Shown here in pieces: positions 26,788 through 40,175 of a DNA stretch of 64,000 bases. A program made the translations under genes and the position numbers. The notes beneath the pieces were generated by a model. The model saw only the letters and a program-made list of their open reading frames with translations, was not told the DNA's origin and searched no databases. Origin of the DNA: Trichosphaerium sp. ATCC 40318. Its lineage: Eukaryota; Protista; Tubulinea. The stretch covers positions 496,001 through 560,000 of the forward strand of contig JALMLS010000455.1 of NCBI GenBank assembly GCA_038496445.1, in the 5' to 3' direction. Position 1 is the first letter of the stretch; each line of letters opens with the position of its first letter.

Positions 26788-28591
26788 ATGACTAGTACAA
26801 AAAAAGAGGTTACCTATACGAATGGAAATAGATATGTTGGTGAATTTAAAGATGACAAATTCAATGGCAAAGGAGAATACACATGGGCGAATGGAAGTAA
26901 ATATGTTGGCGAATTTAAAGATGACAAACGCAGTGGCAAAGGAGAATACACAAGGGCTGATGGAGATAGATATGTTGGCGAATATAAAGATGACAAATTC
27001 AATGGCAAAGGAGAATACACATGGGTAAATGGAAATAGATATGTTGGTGAATTTAAAGATGACAAACCCAATGGCAAAGGAGAATACACATGGGCTGATG
27101 GAGACAAATATGTTGGCGAATTTAAAGATGACAAACCTAATGGCAAAGGAGAATACACATGTGCAAATGGAAATAGATATGTTGGTGAATTTAAAGATGA
27201 CAAATTCAATGGCAAAGGAGAATACACATGGGCAAATGGAAATAGATATGTTGGTGAATTTAAAGATAACAAAAGCGATGGTATTGGGCACATTTATTTT
27301 CTTGATGGCACAATATGGGATAGTAACTGGATTTCAGATTTACCAGATGAGAATGTCAAGATTACTTTTCCTGGTGAGAAGACAATAGAGGCAAAGTGGT
27401 TGTGCACTGAAACAAAATTGATAACCTTCCTTGATGAGTATAACGTTTCCCTAAACCCTTTTGACATCAGCTATTCTGGTAGAAATACAGAAGTACCACC
27501 ATCAACTTGGACATGTGATCAAGTGTTATATGTACTTCATAGGATTGAACCTTCACTTGTTGACTTGTTAAAAGATCATAAGTTAAGGTACTTATTATTC
27601 TCTCGTGTAAGAAACACTGACCTTTCTCTTTTATCCAAAAGCGGCCAAGACTTTTTACGATTGAACCTTAACGTGATGCTATTACTCAAAATACCTCTGG
27701 GATACGCAAATAAAATACTAGAATACATCAAGAACTTGAAAAAAGGTAACCTGTTATAAAGTCAGTGTTTGTGACTTTTCTTTAATTAGGTGAACCAGAG
27801 CATCAATCAACATCTTTGGAACAAGGTATGTTTCTTGTAACAATAGATATGTTCATACCTTTTCAATGCCCTAAATCTTAAACAGACACAGATGTGGAAA
27901 CGGAAACAGAAACAACTGATCAGAATAACTTAGAACAGATGCGGGCAAAGTTGAAAGCGGACCGAAGCGACAAGTACTTGTCAAAGGCTGTGTATGATCC
28001 AAGACACAAATACACAAAGTTTGGAGGCGCTCTAGAAGATTTACATATTATTCAAGATGCTGTTGAAGCCCTACAAAAAAATCAACAAGATGACCTTACT
28101 GAGGTACTATTAATGCAAGCTGTACCTTACTCACAACTATTGTTTTAAAAGGACGCATATTCCAGCGAACCACTATCACGTGATAGTCTATCTGGCGATA
28201 CAAATGAAAGAAAAGGTGAAGTGCCTTCATCTATTGACACGTACGACATGCTATCTCGTAAGTCATGGAGCGATAAACCCAATGCTTCCATTTATACCAA
28301 GGTACTGTTATCTTAAAATACATTTTGGAATCCAAGCCTGACGCTTAACAACAGAACATTCAATCAATTGATCTCAATGTGGCAGCAAGTAAACAAGAAG
28401 AGGAGATAACTGATTGGTTTTCAATACTAGTGACGTTAGGTATTGCTACCAAACGAGCAAAAGAGCTTGGATCATTGATGGATCAATCTGGTGTAGAATT
28501 TGATGAGGTTGATAAAAATTTGTTGAAAGAAGTTGGATTCACAGCTATTGAACGTGTCAAAGTGATGAAAGCAAAGAACAACAACTTGTAG
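26788..28591 (+). CDS. MORN-repeat protein with a SAM domain and a C-terminal SAM-like region
   Basis: Seven near-identical 23-aa MORN repeats. PPSTWTCDQV..LKDHKL|SGQDFLRL..IPLGYANKIL is SAM-like after removing an in-frame 54-nt intron (27588-27641). Last exon ends ..LLKEVGFTAIERVKVMKAKNNNL*. Confidence 0.85.
26815..27295 (+). repeat. Coding tandem repeat, 69-bp unit, about 7 copies
   Basis: Unit aatggaaatagatatgttggtgaatttaaagatgacaaattcaatggcaaaggagaatacaca.. repeated with few substitutions. Confidence 0.95.
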
Positions 28592-29423
28592 TGTAGAAGA
28601 AAACAACGTTTAATAAAACCCTTAGTTGTTTTCCATGCAAGCTAGAAAATGACTTTTGACACAAGACCTTAACTTCTGAGAGTCTGTTTTTTTATGTTAA
28701 AAAGGTGCAATCTTTAACCCATACTGTACTTTCGCTTTATGAACGAACAGCTTGGTGTATGGTCTGTGGTATGCTGCAAGTATACAGCCTTTTTCAATCC
28801 ATCTTCATATGCCGATAGTATTGCGTAGCTTGGTAGTGCCAAAGGCCATGCTTAATAACCCGCTACCCAAGCGAGGTCAAACAACTGTTTAACCAGTTGC
28901 ACATTCAACCTTTTGTCCAGTACTGACGGTAGTTCAGTCAACAAGTAAATTGTTTATTCAAAGATTTGTCTTGCATTCAAAAAACCGTATCATTTATTAT
29001 AGCGTACCTCATGTAGTAAGGCACCGTGGTGTTAATTGCTGTTACCTTGAAAGACATACTTAAATGTTGAAGAAGACCGGACTGGAACTACTTGAGATAG
29101 CTGTTAGCTCTGATAAACTTATGTAACAAGGAGCGGGTATGAACGAAAATACATTACCACTTAGTTGTTACCCAAACACCAGCATTCTCAACTACCGTGT
29201 ACTTGCAAATCACGTGTGAGCTACCCTTGAGTTGAGCTTGAATACATTGCTTTAGTAGCAAGGTTTGACAATTTACAATGCTTCATCTGTGTATCAGATC
29301 TATCTAAGAATGTAATTGTACTACGTTATTGATAGTTTATTCTTTAAGATATGTTTATTGTTTTACATTGACTATCAATTTTTACATCTAGGGTTGTATA
29401 TTAGGACCCTTGACTAAGTTCTT

Positions 29424-30662
29424 TCATCTTAAACAGTTTTTTTTTAAGTCATCATGTTCAAATAGTACTTTTTTCGTCAAAGTGCCATCTCTGCTCCATT
29501 GAAAAGCATATCCATGTTTGGATCCATAAGAATAATCTATCTTTTGTTTCTTCTTACCGTTGGAATGGTACCATATGGAATTACCATCTTTTGAAAGGGA
29601 TGACATCCCATCGATTTTCAGTCTTGCTGAATATGCAATTTTTCCATCTATTGAATGCTTGCAAATTACTGTGTCATCCTTGTCTTCTAAGAACTTGTAG
29701 TCAACCCTTAAAGTTCCTTTAAAGAAATAGAAATTGTTTCTAGTTGCAAGTCCGCCAACACGTGCCAACTCTTTTCCTCTGAAGAAAATCCCGTGAATAT
29801 CAAATATAGCTCCGGCATAGAATGGTTTGGCATAATATATCAGACATCTATCTTTGGTATCCGTACTTGTATCTAAAACACCAAGACATATGCTTTTTAT
29901 AAAGATGCCACCATCAAACACACCTTCAGCAAACTTATTACCATTGTGATACCCTACAAACTCATTTTTTCCTTTGTCTTGAGCAGGTACACATTTTATG
30001 ATTGCCACTTGTAAAGGACTAATGCGAGCGATGTTACTATCGTAAAGGCACACTATTTCTACAAACGAAATACACTCGTCTTTAATGTTGTATTTAAATT
30101 GAGAATAGCCAACAGGATTTCTTGTATCATGTACACTGTACTCTTTATAAGTCCCATCCACAAGCACACCATGTTCGAACATCAAACAACATGTTGGTTG
30201 TTCTTTAACTTCTGAACGTCCAAATATTTGTAATTGTCCATGCATTTCTCCATGTACAAACTTACACTCTCCATGGCGAGGTCTGCTATAATCAAAATCG
30301 TATAACTGGCTTGCTATTTTCTTCCATTGACCTCTACGTTCAATGTCATTTAATTTAAAACGATAAATCCCATGCCACTTCATTGATGTATCATACTTAG
30401 AACACGTGGCAAAATTATAGTTTAAGCGTGGCCACGTGCTTTCTACAGATGTACCTATAGCCATATCAAATATACTCCTCAAAACTTCACAAGGGACATT
30501 ATTAATATCAGTACAATGGCGGTCGCTATCATTCTTATCTTTTTCCTTATTAAGGTGGTTTCGAAGTGTTTGTTTTAAGTTGTGTTTTGATTCCTCTTTG
30601 AGTTCTTGCACCTTCAAATCGTCTTCTTCTGGTTGAACTGTGTTCGTGGCTTCTTTTTGCAT
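29424..30662 (-). CDS. F-box-like protein with degenerate MORN-variant repeats, intronless
   Basis: INNVPCEVLRSIFDM (F-box-like); HGECKFVHGEMHG; C-terminal KDGNSIWYHSNGKKKQKIDYSYGSKHGYAFQWSRDG. Confidence 0.7.
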   Translation of the reverse strand: MQKEATNTVQPEEDDLKVQELKEESKHNLKQTLRNHLNKEKDKNDSDRHCTDINNVPCEVLRSIFDMAIGTSVESTWPRLNYNFATCSKYDTSMKWHGIYRFKLNDIERRGQWKKIASQLYDFDYSRPRHGECKFVHGEMHGQLQIFGRSEVKEQPTCCLMFEHGVLVDGTYKEYSVHDTRNPVGYSQFKYNIKDECISFVEIVCLYDSNIARISPLQVAIIKCVPAQDKGKNEFVGYHNGNKFAEGVFDGGIFIKSICLGVLDTSTDTKDRCLIYYAKPFYAGAIFDIHGIFFRGKELARVGGLATRNNFYFFKGTLRVDYKFLEDKDDTVICKHSIDGKIAYSARLKIDGMSSLSKDGNSIWYHSNGKKKQKIDYSYGSKHGYAFQWSRDGTLTKKVLFEHDDLKKNCLR

Positions 30663-31550
30663 CTTGTTTACTCCGATTAGTTTGCTTTATTCTATTGTGC
30701 GCTGTTTGCGGGTTTTTACGTTTTTCTTAGCGTGTATGTTGGTTTTCTGGCTTATTCTGGTTATGCAACACTTGGAGTACTGATACTTCCGTACTACACG
30801 ATTTTCGCACTTGTTGCCGCTTCAGTTTTGTGAATAAATGAAAAACTTAACAGCCTTATCGTTAAGCCACAAAAAGCGTCATTTCGAAATGAACAAAATA
30901 TAGAGGTAGCTGTTTGCAACAATCATACTTACATGGTCAAATACATTGCGTATTATTCCAGCCTAACCTATACTGCATCCATTTTCTCGCTACTCTAAAA
31001 AGAATCACGTGAATTGCATCTTAATATTAGAAAAACTAAAGCATGTTCAATGAGTGCAAGTTTAAACATAAACGATTTGACTTTGAACACGTGCATACGA
31101 TCGTCCATAAAGAGCGCTAGTTGTGATAGCTTTACTTTATTTGTCACGCCAACCTGACCATTCTTACAACTTACAAGTGCTTGCAAGTGAAGGTTGACAT
31201 TCTACCCACCAAACCAATATGGTGCTACTCAGCCTACAGATTAGAGGGTAGGAAAACAATACAAATCGTTGAGATTGTATCACTTGGTAAGAATAACAGA
31301 AATGTAAAGAGACAAATCAAAAATCAAACGAATTTCGTTTTTCGAATCAAATTCAATACACGGATATTTCCCCTCTACCGAATTTCAAATCTTAATAAGG
31401 GTATCTATAGTTCCAGTTCGATTTACCTTCGAACAAGAAGAAATAACAAGCTTTTTTCTTCATCTCAGTTAAGTCTTCGGACAAAACCAACTGAGAAAGT
31501 GCGAACCTTCCTATTTAGGCTAAGCAATAACCAAAAAAACACACAACACA

Positions 31551-31935
31551 ATGCAACGTCTCTCTATTGTACTAGTAATCCTCTCAATTGTTATTTGCGT
31601 AGCAGCTACGCGCATACCTAAAGGCAGATACTGCTTTCAACCAGTATTCGGTGCTGCTACAGAAATAATCTTTACAACCAATACAACGATAACAATAGCT
31701 TCCGGAGAAGATGAATATTGCCAAGATACAAAGGTTCGTTTGCAACTTGGTTCCTTATCTCGCAATCTTAACTTTAACTATCGTATAGGTAACCTATGAT
31801 CCTCAACCTACACCATATGTTATTAAATCAGTCGGTCCTGTTCCTGAAGATTGCGAATTTAAGGCCATGTTTAACCCTGTAAAAAACTACATTACCTCCC
31901 AGCAAATACCATTTGCTTACTGTGGAGAGTACTAA
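31551..31935 (+). CDS. Small secreted protein with four Cys in the mature part, two exons
   Basis: Signal peptide MQRLSIVLVILSIVICVAA; one GT-AG intron; ends AYCGEY*. Confidence 0.7.
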
Positions 31936-32658
31936 TAATTTTCTAACTTCAACGCTCCGTACATGCTTAGCGCAATAAATAGTTTCCAACTAAATCTACT
32001 TTATACCCTCATGTTTTAGACATTCTGTAACATAGTATGAAACCAGCGAAGGGGATTCGATTTAGTTGCAACAGTTGTTCGCAAATCACTTCGTTTCGAC
32101 AATCTTGACACGTGATTCGATGAAACGCTGTACTAGATGCCCTTGAGTTACACATACGCCGATTACGCTTCCAAGCTCGTCTTGCTAGCGATTCTTTGCG
32201 TTCATCTTGTAGTTAAAAGACTCTAGTAACAACGGTGTAAGCAACTAGACAGGTTTGGAGGAAGACTAACGTCTCAGCTCAAACGCACCAGTCAAGTTTT
32301 TGATATCTTCCTCACTCCATCCATGTTAGTGATTGTTGCTTGCCATAGTTTCTTACGTGCTTGTCTCTGTGCAAATCACGGAATTATAGTTGGTCATCTA
32401 AATTCTCCAAACGCCAAGGCACACGAACATAATTTGTGTTGCATCCCCACTGTGACTTTATTGAATTGTTGTTGCCAAGGACACGAATAAACGTTAATAT
32501 CCCGTCCTTGTCCTTTGATCTACTCAACAAGAGACAAAGAGAACAGAAGCACTGTCAAATATGTCGAGTTTGCGACAGTTAAGGCATACAAGCGCTCAGT
32601 TTTGTACTTTGTCTTACTCAAAACACCGGTACACAACGAGAAATAACAACATTAGACA

Positions 32659-34357
32659 ATGTTGTTGCGATGCGGTTCAAGAGTGAATAATAACACTTCC
32701 ACCCGCGTAAATACATTGAATACGTGCGTTTAAGCTTTGTTTTAGCGTGGTTAACGGCTTATACTTAAAAAAGGAGCAAAAGGTCTAATTCTACACTAAA
32801 AGATCATTACAAACGTCAAGAAGACCTTGTAGAGCTATTAACGAACAATCTTAAAAAAGATGGCGTTAACGAGTCCAAAATGAGTTATGATCAACTGGAA
32901 CCTTATATAGCGCTTAATTTCCCTCTTGATATTAAATGGCAAGACAAATTCTCGGGCTATTTCAGATTAGAAGTACGTAAACACGTGCTTAACGGGAAAC
33001 AAAAAAAAAACTGTTTAAACGTCACGTGCTCGCTTTTTGAACTTGAAGATTACTATCAGTGTTGAAGATATGTACTACAATGCTTCTATTTTCTATCAGC
33101 GTAATTAGTGCCATGCAACCTCGCAAACAGTTTAAAGCAGAAATGTCTTATTATTTTCTGAAAAAAAAAAACTAAAAAGACACAAAACAACCTTCAAACT
33201 CTGCTCTAGCTGAGTTTTTTTATTTACAGTGTTTTTTAACAACAATCCCTTTTACATGTTAGTCAAATTTTTACGTCAGCCTTTTCTTTGAACCACGTGT
33301 CATATAAAGATAGATTCCTTAACCAAACTGTTTTTGGCTTTACACTAATGTGTTCTGAAGAATAACGAGAATCATATTTTGGATGTAGGATCTGGCGTTG
33401 GTCACTTGTCTACATACTTTACAACAAAATACCCGAAATGCTCGGTGACAGGTAAAAAAATCATGTGCTTTTTTTTTATCTTCTGTTTCTTCTTTAATAC
33501 GACTGTTGTATGCCCTTATTTTAATAAGATTAGGTATTGAACTCATGCCAGAGTTTGTCACACTATCAAAACATGTTTCAAAATTACTTAAAGTCGAAGA
33601 CAGAACAACCTTTGTTGAGGTTCGTAGACAACAATAGATATAACCTTTTTTTTTTTGAACATGACTTAGTCGTCTTGAGCTTCCTTGAAAGTTATACTTA
33701 TAATCATTGTCTAGGGTACTGCTTTAGACCTTCCTTTTGATAAAAATACATTCCATGGAGCAACAACTGTTCATGTCTGTATGAATATTCCAGATAAACT
33801 TAAAGTATACAAAGAAGTACTTAGAGTGTTAAAGCCAGGAAGTTATTTCTGTATTCTTGACATTGTTAAAGGAAATAACAGTAGCGGGAAAATGAACTTT
33901 CCTATGCCTTGGGCTACTTTAGAAAAAGATAGCTTTGTTATCACCACAAACGAGATGCGCTCTCGATTGCATGAAGCCGGTTTTGGCGTCATTGATTCAA
34001 GGTAAGTAGTTGGTATTTTTAAAAACATGTTTTTCTTTTTGCCTTTTACACCACGTGGTATAAGTACTGCTAGTTTAATTTGTACATTAAATCCTTACTG
34101 GTAATTTATAAATATGTTTGTTTAATAAAACAGAGAAAGAGTTGTTAGCAATGAACCTTTTTTAACGTGAACCTGTTGACTGTTTTTTTTTTAATCGGGT
34201 TTTTTTTTCTAGGACTTTTGGAGTTGAAGCGTACCTGGACTTTGTACCTAGGAAACTTGGCACAGTTTTTGATAACTACAGAACTAAGGGAAAGAATGTT
34301 AGAAACGCTTTTGATTCAGGAAAAATCAAACTGGCATGGTTTATAGCACGGAGTTAA
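32659..34357 (+). CDS. Class I SAM-dependent methyltransferase (type 11-like), multi-exon
   Basis: HILDVGSGVG..VTG|IELMPEF..|GTALDLPF..HVCMNIPDKLKVYKEVLRVLKPGSYF..FPMPWA. Confidence 0.85.
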
Positions 34358-35026
34358 AAACAATGCAATAAACAAAACCTAAGTTCATGTTATTGTTTTT
34401 TTTTCTTTGAGATACTCCACACAATAGAGCGTATGGCTAAAGCATTTACATTGGATTTTGTGTTCTAATTTTAACAAGAACTCATTTCCATGCATGTATA
34501 TATCCGCTGTTTCTAGGGTTATACTTATACATGTGAGCAATGCATTTTAGCCAGCCATGTTTTTTTTGTTTTATATAGACCAGTTTTCAAAAGCCTTCTG
34601 TTGTCCACCCTTGAAGCATACAGTTTCTAGGAGAAAAATTATAGTATCTGTCCCAGAATAGGAGTCTATAATCAGAGCACTTGTTGTTGAACTGTTAGCA
34701 CTTATACACTAAACTGAAGTCAATACAAACGCTTGCTTTTGACCTCAAGTCGTTATGATCAACCCGCCCCACATTGTACAAGATGGCGTTTTGTTTTATT
34801 AGCCGGGGTGGTACATTCTTTAGTAGTGTTTGGTAAGAAATGTGAGACAGAGCTTGCTTAAATTTGGTGCAGATAATTCCATGCAAGGCCTTGAGAACCC
34901 CCAAAGTCTATAAAAAGGATACGGGTGAAGGGCTGTGGGGTGTTTTGCTGATAAATTTATTGACAAGTTTTACAGGTCACAGAGAAGTTGCAAGGTTAGA
35001 GGAGAGTCCAGTAAAACATTGAAATT

Positions 35027-35665
35027 TTATTGCAATAGTCCATCAACCCACATGCAATGTACTTTTAGATTACCATTTTCGTCCCAGCCTTTACTCTCAC
35101 CATGCAGTTTATCATGAGCCCACATACTTTGGCCTTTTAGCTGCCCATTGTCATGCCAACTTGTGCTTTCACCATGCTGTTTACCTTCAACCCATATGCA
35201 CTGTCCTTCAAGTTGTCCATTCTCATACCAACCTTTACTTTCGCCATGAGCTTTATCATCAACCCACATTGTCTGGTACATTAGTTGTCCGTTCTTGTAC
35301 CACTTTTTATGAAGACCATGTGCTTTGCCATTAACCCACATGCACTTGTAGTGCAGTTGTCCGTTTTCATACCATCCTTTGCATTCACCATGCTGTTTAT
35401 CATCAACGTCTATGTACTGGCTCTGGAGTTGTCCACTCTCATACCATTCTTTACATAGCCCTTTTTCTATGTATTTATGATACCTTACTTCCCCACTTGT
35501 ATACCATCGTATCCATACTCCTTTCTTTTGTAACGATTTATCAAAATGAGTATTAATCGCAGCTCTCTTTGATAGACAATGGAATTTTGTGAATACTTCA
35601 ACATTGAAAGTACAAATATAAGTTTGAAGTTCACAAGGAATATCCAGTATATTCAAAGACTCCAA
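35027..35665 (-). CDS. F-box-like plus MORN-variant repeat protein, paralog of 25269-26024; no ATG at the 5' end of this exon
   Basis: LNILDIPCELQTYI..EVFTKFHCLSKRAAINTHFDKSLQKKG aligns with EVFVKLPLLSKQAATTTRFDSELKKHG. About 6 repeats of 24 aa. The frame is closed by TAA 15 codons upstream with no ATG, so an upstream exon is required or the gene is disrupted. Confidence 0.75.
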   Translation of the reverse strand: MESLNILDIPCELQTYICTFNVEVFTKFHCLSKRAAINTHFDKSLQKKGVWIRWYTSGEVRYHKYIEKGLCKEWYESGQLQSQYIDVDDKQHGECKGWYENGQLHYKCMWVNGKAHGLHKKWYKNGQLMYQTMWVDDKAHGESKGWYENGQLEGQCIWVEGKQHGESTSWHDNGQLKGQSMWAHDKLHGESKGWDENGNLKVHCMWVDGLLQ

Positions 35666-35750
35666 TTTACTATCAACTTTTTTATGCTTTGGATCAGATA
35701 TAACAAGTTAGAATGGAAACATTAACATTATGACAACAAAAATGTGGAAG

Positions 35751-35994
35751 GGGATATAGTTTTTTCCGAATTTTCTGAAAACACAAATTCGAAAGTGTAG
35801 AAAGATGCATAGCTAGGGCAGTCCACTAAACTAGAAAGTGCCTGGTTCACTTACAGTCGGGTCCTCGCTGTGCTCAGAACAAGAACCCGACCTTCGTTCA
35901 CATATAGTGATCCATTGGTGGGTATAGGCATTCGGTTTTTGTATCAAATTCGAATTTTTTCTTTCTTTTGAAAAATTCGGAAAAAACGTGTCCG
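35751..35994 (-). mobile_element. MITE-like inverted-repeat element, copy 1
   Basis: High-identity reverse complement of 49520-49779. Subterminal inverted repeats GTTTTTTCCGAATTTT / AAAATTCGGAAAAAAC. No target duplication visible at this copy. Confidence 0.8.
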
Positions 35995-36484
35995 AACATA
36001 AGATTTCTTTGGTTATCAAATTTAGCCAGGTTCAAAGAAATACTTGGTTTGGTTACCAAGGCAAAGCATTCTCAAGAAGAGGAAGCAAATAATTTTGAAA
36101 ATAATGAAATGAGGCACTCTGATCCGTAAAACGAGAATCTGGGCGCATTGTTTAAATGATTTGCTAATTTCGTCCTAAAAATAGGGCTGTTTTATGTTGT
36201 GTTGTACGTACCATATTACTAATAGATAACAGACTCGTGCTGTGGTTTGCGGCACTTGGCACTGTTAGTGGTATTCGTAGAATAGCATGATTAAGGAAGG
36301 CTTGCTTATTATCAGGATATTGTTAAGAAGAAAAGATGAAGTGGTTGAGAAAAATTTAGTTGACTTATGTTGGAACAGAAACAGCTTAAGATGACTTCTT
36401 TCTTTGTGAATGGCTTCAATAGACTCAAAATCATACAAATGGATAAATTGTGAGTGTGTGGTTTGGGTATGAGTATATTTTTCG

Positions 36485-39258
36485 TTATTTGTAGTTTACA
36501 TTTAAATTCAGTTGTGGAAACTTTTTAGATAAAAGTTCCTTATCTATAGGCTTTGTTTTGAATTGTTTCAATTGATCTTTAAGTGCATCAGCAAGACCTT
36601 TATCTTTAGGCTCAATTATAGGTATTAATTTTTCCATAGATACATGAGCCCAACTTGCATCATCAAGAAGAATAGAAGCACGTGCCGCTTCCCAAAAATC
36701 TAAAGAAAAAATTAGTATTGACAGCAAGATTCTCGAAGTCGGATACTCCATATTTTCTCGGTAATAGTCACATTGGAGTACCAATACTAGCACAAAGGAC
36801 ATGATGTGCAAATGTTCAAACACGGCACTTTGTCTGGCTTCGAGAACCACAGTAACGGTCTTGGTAAAAAACGGGAAAAACAATTGTTTTTGACTTACAT
36901 TGTTCTGCTAACCGATTATTCTCATCTTCTGCTAAACATCTACCAGTAACAACAAGCAACTACACGTAAAAATTAGTATGGACACAAAAGCACAAAAAGT
37001 AAAACTGTAATTCGCAGACTTGATTGATCAAACGAGAAACAGAAAACTCAAAGATTTTAAGGTTGCAAACCCGCAGCAAGAGCACTCAAGATAAAACTTT
37101 AAAAACTAAGTGATTAACGTACAGCAGGAACAGTAGATCCATATCTATGAATAACATCACTATCATTATATGCTTGTGGCCAAGAAATAGTGTTTCGGTA
37201 TAAATCAATAAGTGTACTTTCAGCAATCTTAATTGGAAACTTTTGTTTTGTCATATCATCTCTCATTAATTTTTTAAGCTGTTGACGTGCATAAATAGCC
37301 CTCCTAAACTCTCTCATACCAACATCACTTATCATTAGATTCCATAAAATATTAGGCCTAAGCAGTTGTAAATAAAGACCCCAATTGACACGTGCAAACA
37401 AAAAAAACCCAAAAGTGCACTTATGATTTAATAATACATCAATTGACTTAGTGCTCGCGCTGTTGATCAAAAAAAATGTAGAAGCGCATGTAAATAATAC
37501 TACATGTTAGTTTTATATACCTTCCAAACATGGAACAAGTAGCAAGTGCCTTGTGAATAACGTAAGTAAACAAACTTTCAAACACGAAAAAAAGAAAAAA
37601 ACTGACCTGTTTGAAATGTTCAAAAGAATTCGCATGGTCTCCGTTTTTCATCTTTAGATACCCAAGAGTACTCCAAACATCATAATGTATAAATTCATTC
37701 TCCTCAGCAACACCCATAGCCTTAACATAAGCTTTTTCTGCATCTCCAAACCTTGCTTTACTTTCATAAAACCTTCCCAAAGCAAGCAAAACAGGTGTCT
37801 TGTTCATAATTTTATCTTTTTCTATAATACCTTCAAACACTTGAGCAACGTTTGATCTTCCTTCCTCGCTATTCAGACGTCCATAAGTATCAGTAAGACG
37901 TCGGAACATAGTCAAAAATAATAATGTGGTGTCCTCTGAGCTCTCACCAATATCACTACCAACGCTTTCCAAGTCTTTAAGTACACTAGACGCAACACTC
38001 TTTGCAAATGATTTTTTATCATTTTTTGCATATAATAATGCTAGAGATGTCTTTAGGCGTAGTTTAGATACAATAGCATTATTAGAGTTGATGCTTTCTA
38101 TGATCTTTTTTTCTTTACTTAAATCGTTGTGAAACTCGACTTAACAAAATAAAGTTAATTAAATCTTCACGTGTCTCGAGTTCTGTTGATCAAAACGTAC
38201 CTTCAAGTGAGAAAAGATGATCTTTAACGTTTTGAACCTCTTGCTCTGTGAAAGAACCTGTTTCCTGACCATGATCTAGGATAATGTGCATGTCTTCAGA
38301 TAATTCATCAAATAATTCTTTCTCCCCTACAATCGTATGTGTTTGCGCCATTAGAGAATATGCATGCATCAGTGGATGTATGAATTTATCTTCAGTAGGT
38401 TTAGCTCTATAAAAGATCAACAAAAGAAGAACCAAGCGATAAAGTGAAAACAAGTGTCAAGCGAAAGAAATATTTTGTAAGAAAAACAAAAAAAATAAAA
38501 ATTCTTTAATTTCGTTTATCAGTTTCACAGTGCCTAACCTGTAGAATAGAACCGCTGCTAGTTTTAAACGTGAATCAGCTTGTTCATGTACGCCATATAG
38601 CATGTTTGTTATTCCACAACGAAGAGAAAACTCAGCAACAATTGGTAACTCTAAAACAAATAGGTCAAAAAAAAATTCGTAACGTAAGTGTCAGCCATAA
38701 TTTTAACAGTCTGATCCTCTATTCGAGCGTTTATAAGCGTACCAGGTTCAATTGCAGGGATTAAGACAGATTGTCCGGTGTGCATGTCTTTCTCTATTGT
38801 ATCGAGGAAAATTGACGTATCCGGTTTATCTATGGATGTTTTAGTGGTTGTAGACGAACGTTAAATAGTGAGTTTGTAACAACGTTCTTAGGCATACCAT
38901 GGGAGGCTGTCATCATTCTCTTTATAATTGGCAACGTTTCACGCTGTTCTTCGCCAGTAAACACTACAAATAATTAAAAGTGAAACTTACGAGGGTTCTT
39001 ACGTCCATACACCAACCCTGCGAATACCCCCGCCACTGCCAGTCGTTTCAACCACGTTGGTGGATTATAGTTCAAAGCTGTTGCTATGGCGTTCTCTTGG
39101 ACCGTTTAATACGCAATTATAAGTAATAAACACGTACCTATTGCCGTTGTGTCAAAATTAAGTTTCTGACGCGCTTTGTAATGGTTTTTGCGTTTATTCC
39201 TACGGTTGTAGGATGCCTTTACAACGTGCGAATGCCTCCGCAAGGCAGTACGTAACAT
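36485..39258 (-). CDS. TPR-containing protein with an Arg-rich N-terminus, possibly mitochondrial; multi-exon
   Basis: Starts MLRTALRRHSHVVK. TPR-like VLLALGRFYESKARFGDAEKAYVKAM and VWSTLGYLKMKNGDHANSFEHFKQ. Confidence 0.7.
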
Positions 39259-39365
39259 TTTATGCAATAAGAAACTCGCCACGCTCAGTAACTTAAAATT
39301 GACACCACACGTAACTTAATTAATTCCGTACATTGAGCGTTTGCGAGAAATCAACGTGTAAAACA

Positions 39366-40050
39366 ATGGGAAATAAGAGTCCAAAGACAACGCCAGCTCA
39401 CAAAGCTATGGTCAAGAAATGCTTCGACAAGCTTGACAAGAATGGAGATGGCGTTATAAGTATTAGCGAATTACAGGTACGCAATCTAAAATGCCAATAA
39501 AACAATACCGACGCAAACTCACACCTGTCAGGATGTTTTGACCATGAAGCGCTCAGCAATACTGCAGGGACTACAGAGAATAGACTCCGATGGCGACTCA
39601 GCGTGAGTACTGTAATTCAGCTTCAAACTAGCTCATCACCGTATAGTATAAACTTTGACGAGTTTTGTAAGCTTGTTCAAAAGCGTTTCATGGATGTACG
39701 AAACAAGAAGTGAAGTTAAAAACCGTTAAATCTCTTCAACTATCGTCACTCCACGTAAGCTAATGCCTGGTAGGACTTTAACTTCCTTGACAAGAACAAA
39801 GACGGCAAGATCACACTGCCAGAAATGAAAAAAGCATTTGCAAGTCTAAAAGTACGTGTTGTTGTTTTGTACGTTGTTTACTAACAAAACCAAGTCCGCT
39901 GGCGCCGAGGAATACTTGAATAAATTGGACAAAGATAAAGATGGCGTTGTACGTATAACTTACAGTACACCAATCATCTTATTCTCATAGGTGACACTTG
40001 ACGAGTACATTGAAGGCTGTTTGCAGGTGTTGGCATTTCAAACAAAGTAA
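39366..40050 (+). CDS. Four-EF-hand calcium-binding protein with a possible N-myristoylation site
   Basis: MGNKS; loops DKNGDGVISISE, DSDGDSA|INFDE, DKNKDGKITLPE, DKDKDGV|VTLDE; five introns. Confidence 0.9.
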
Positions 40051-40175
40051 AAGATTAAATTAGCAAAGCAGTACACTAGAATAACCAAATAATAATAAAA
40101 CGCAAAAGTAGCGCAAAGTCTGCCTTTATTTTCGATGTAGAAAAAAAAGCCAGTACACAGAACAAAACAAACTAC

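Noticed and set aside
26758-27388. Long antisense and alternative-frame ORFs over the MORN array, and similar ones at 20184-20930 and 50400-51344
   Set aside because: Shadow ORFs produced by stop-free tandem repeats; only one frame gives a known repeat type.
20132-36000. Endogenous giant-virus insertion
   Set aside because: No capsid, polymerase, packaging ATPase or other viral core gene; the repeat genes alternate with intron-rich host genes.
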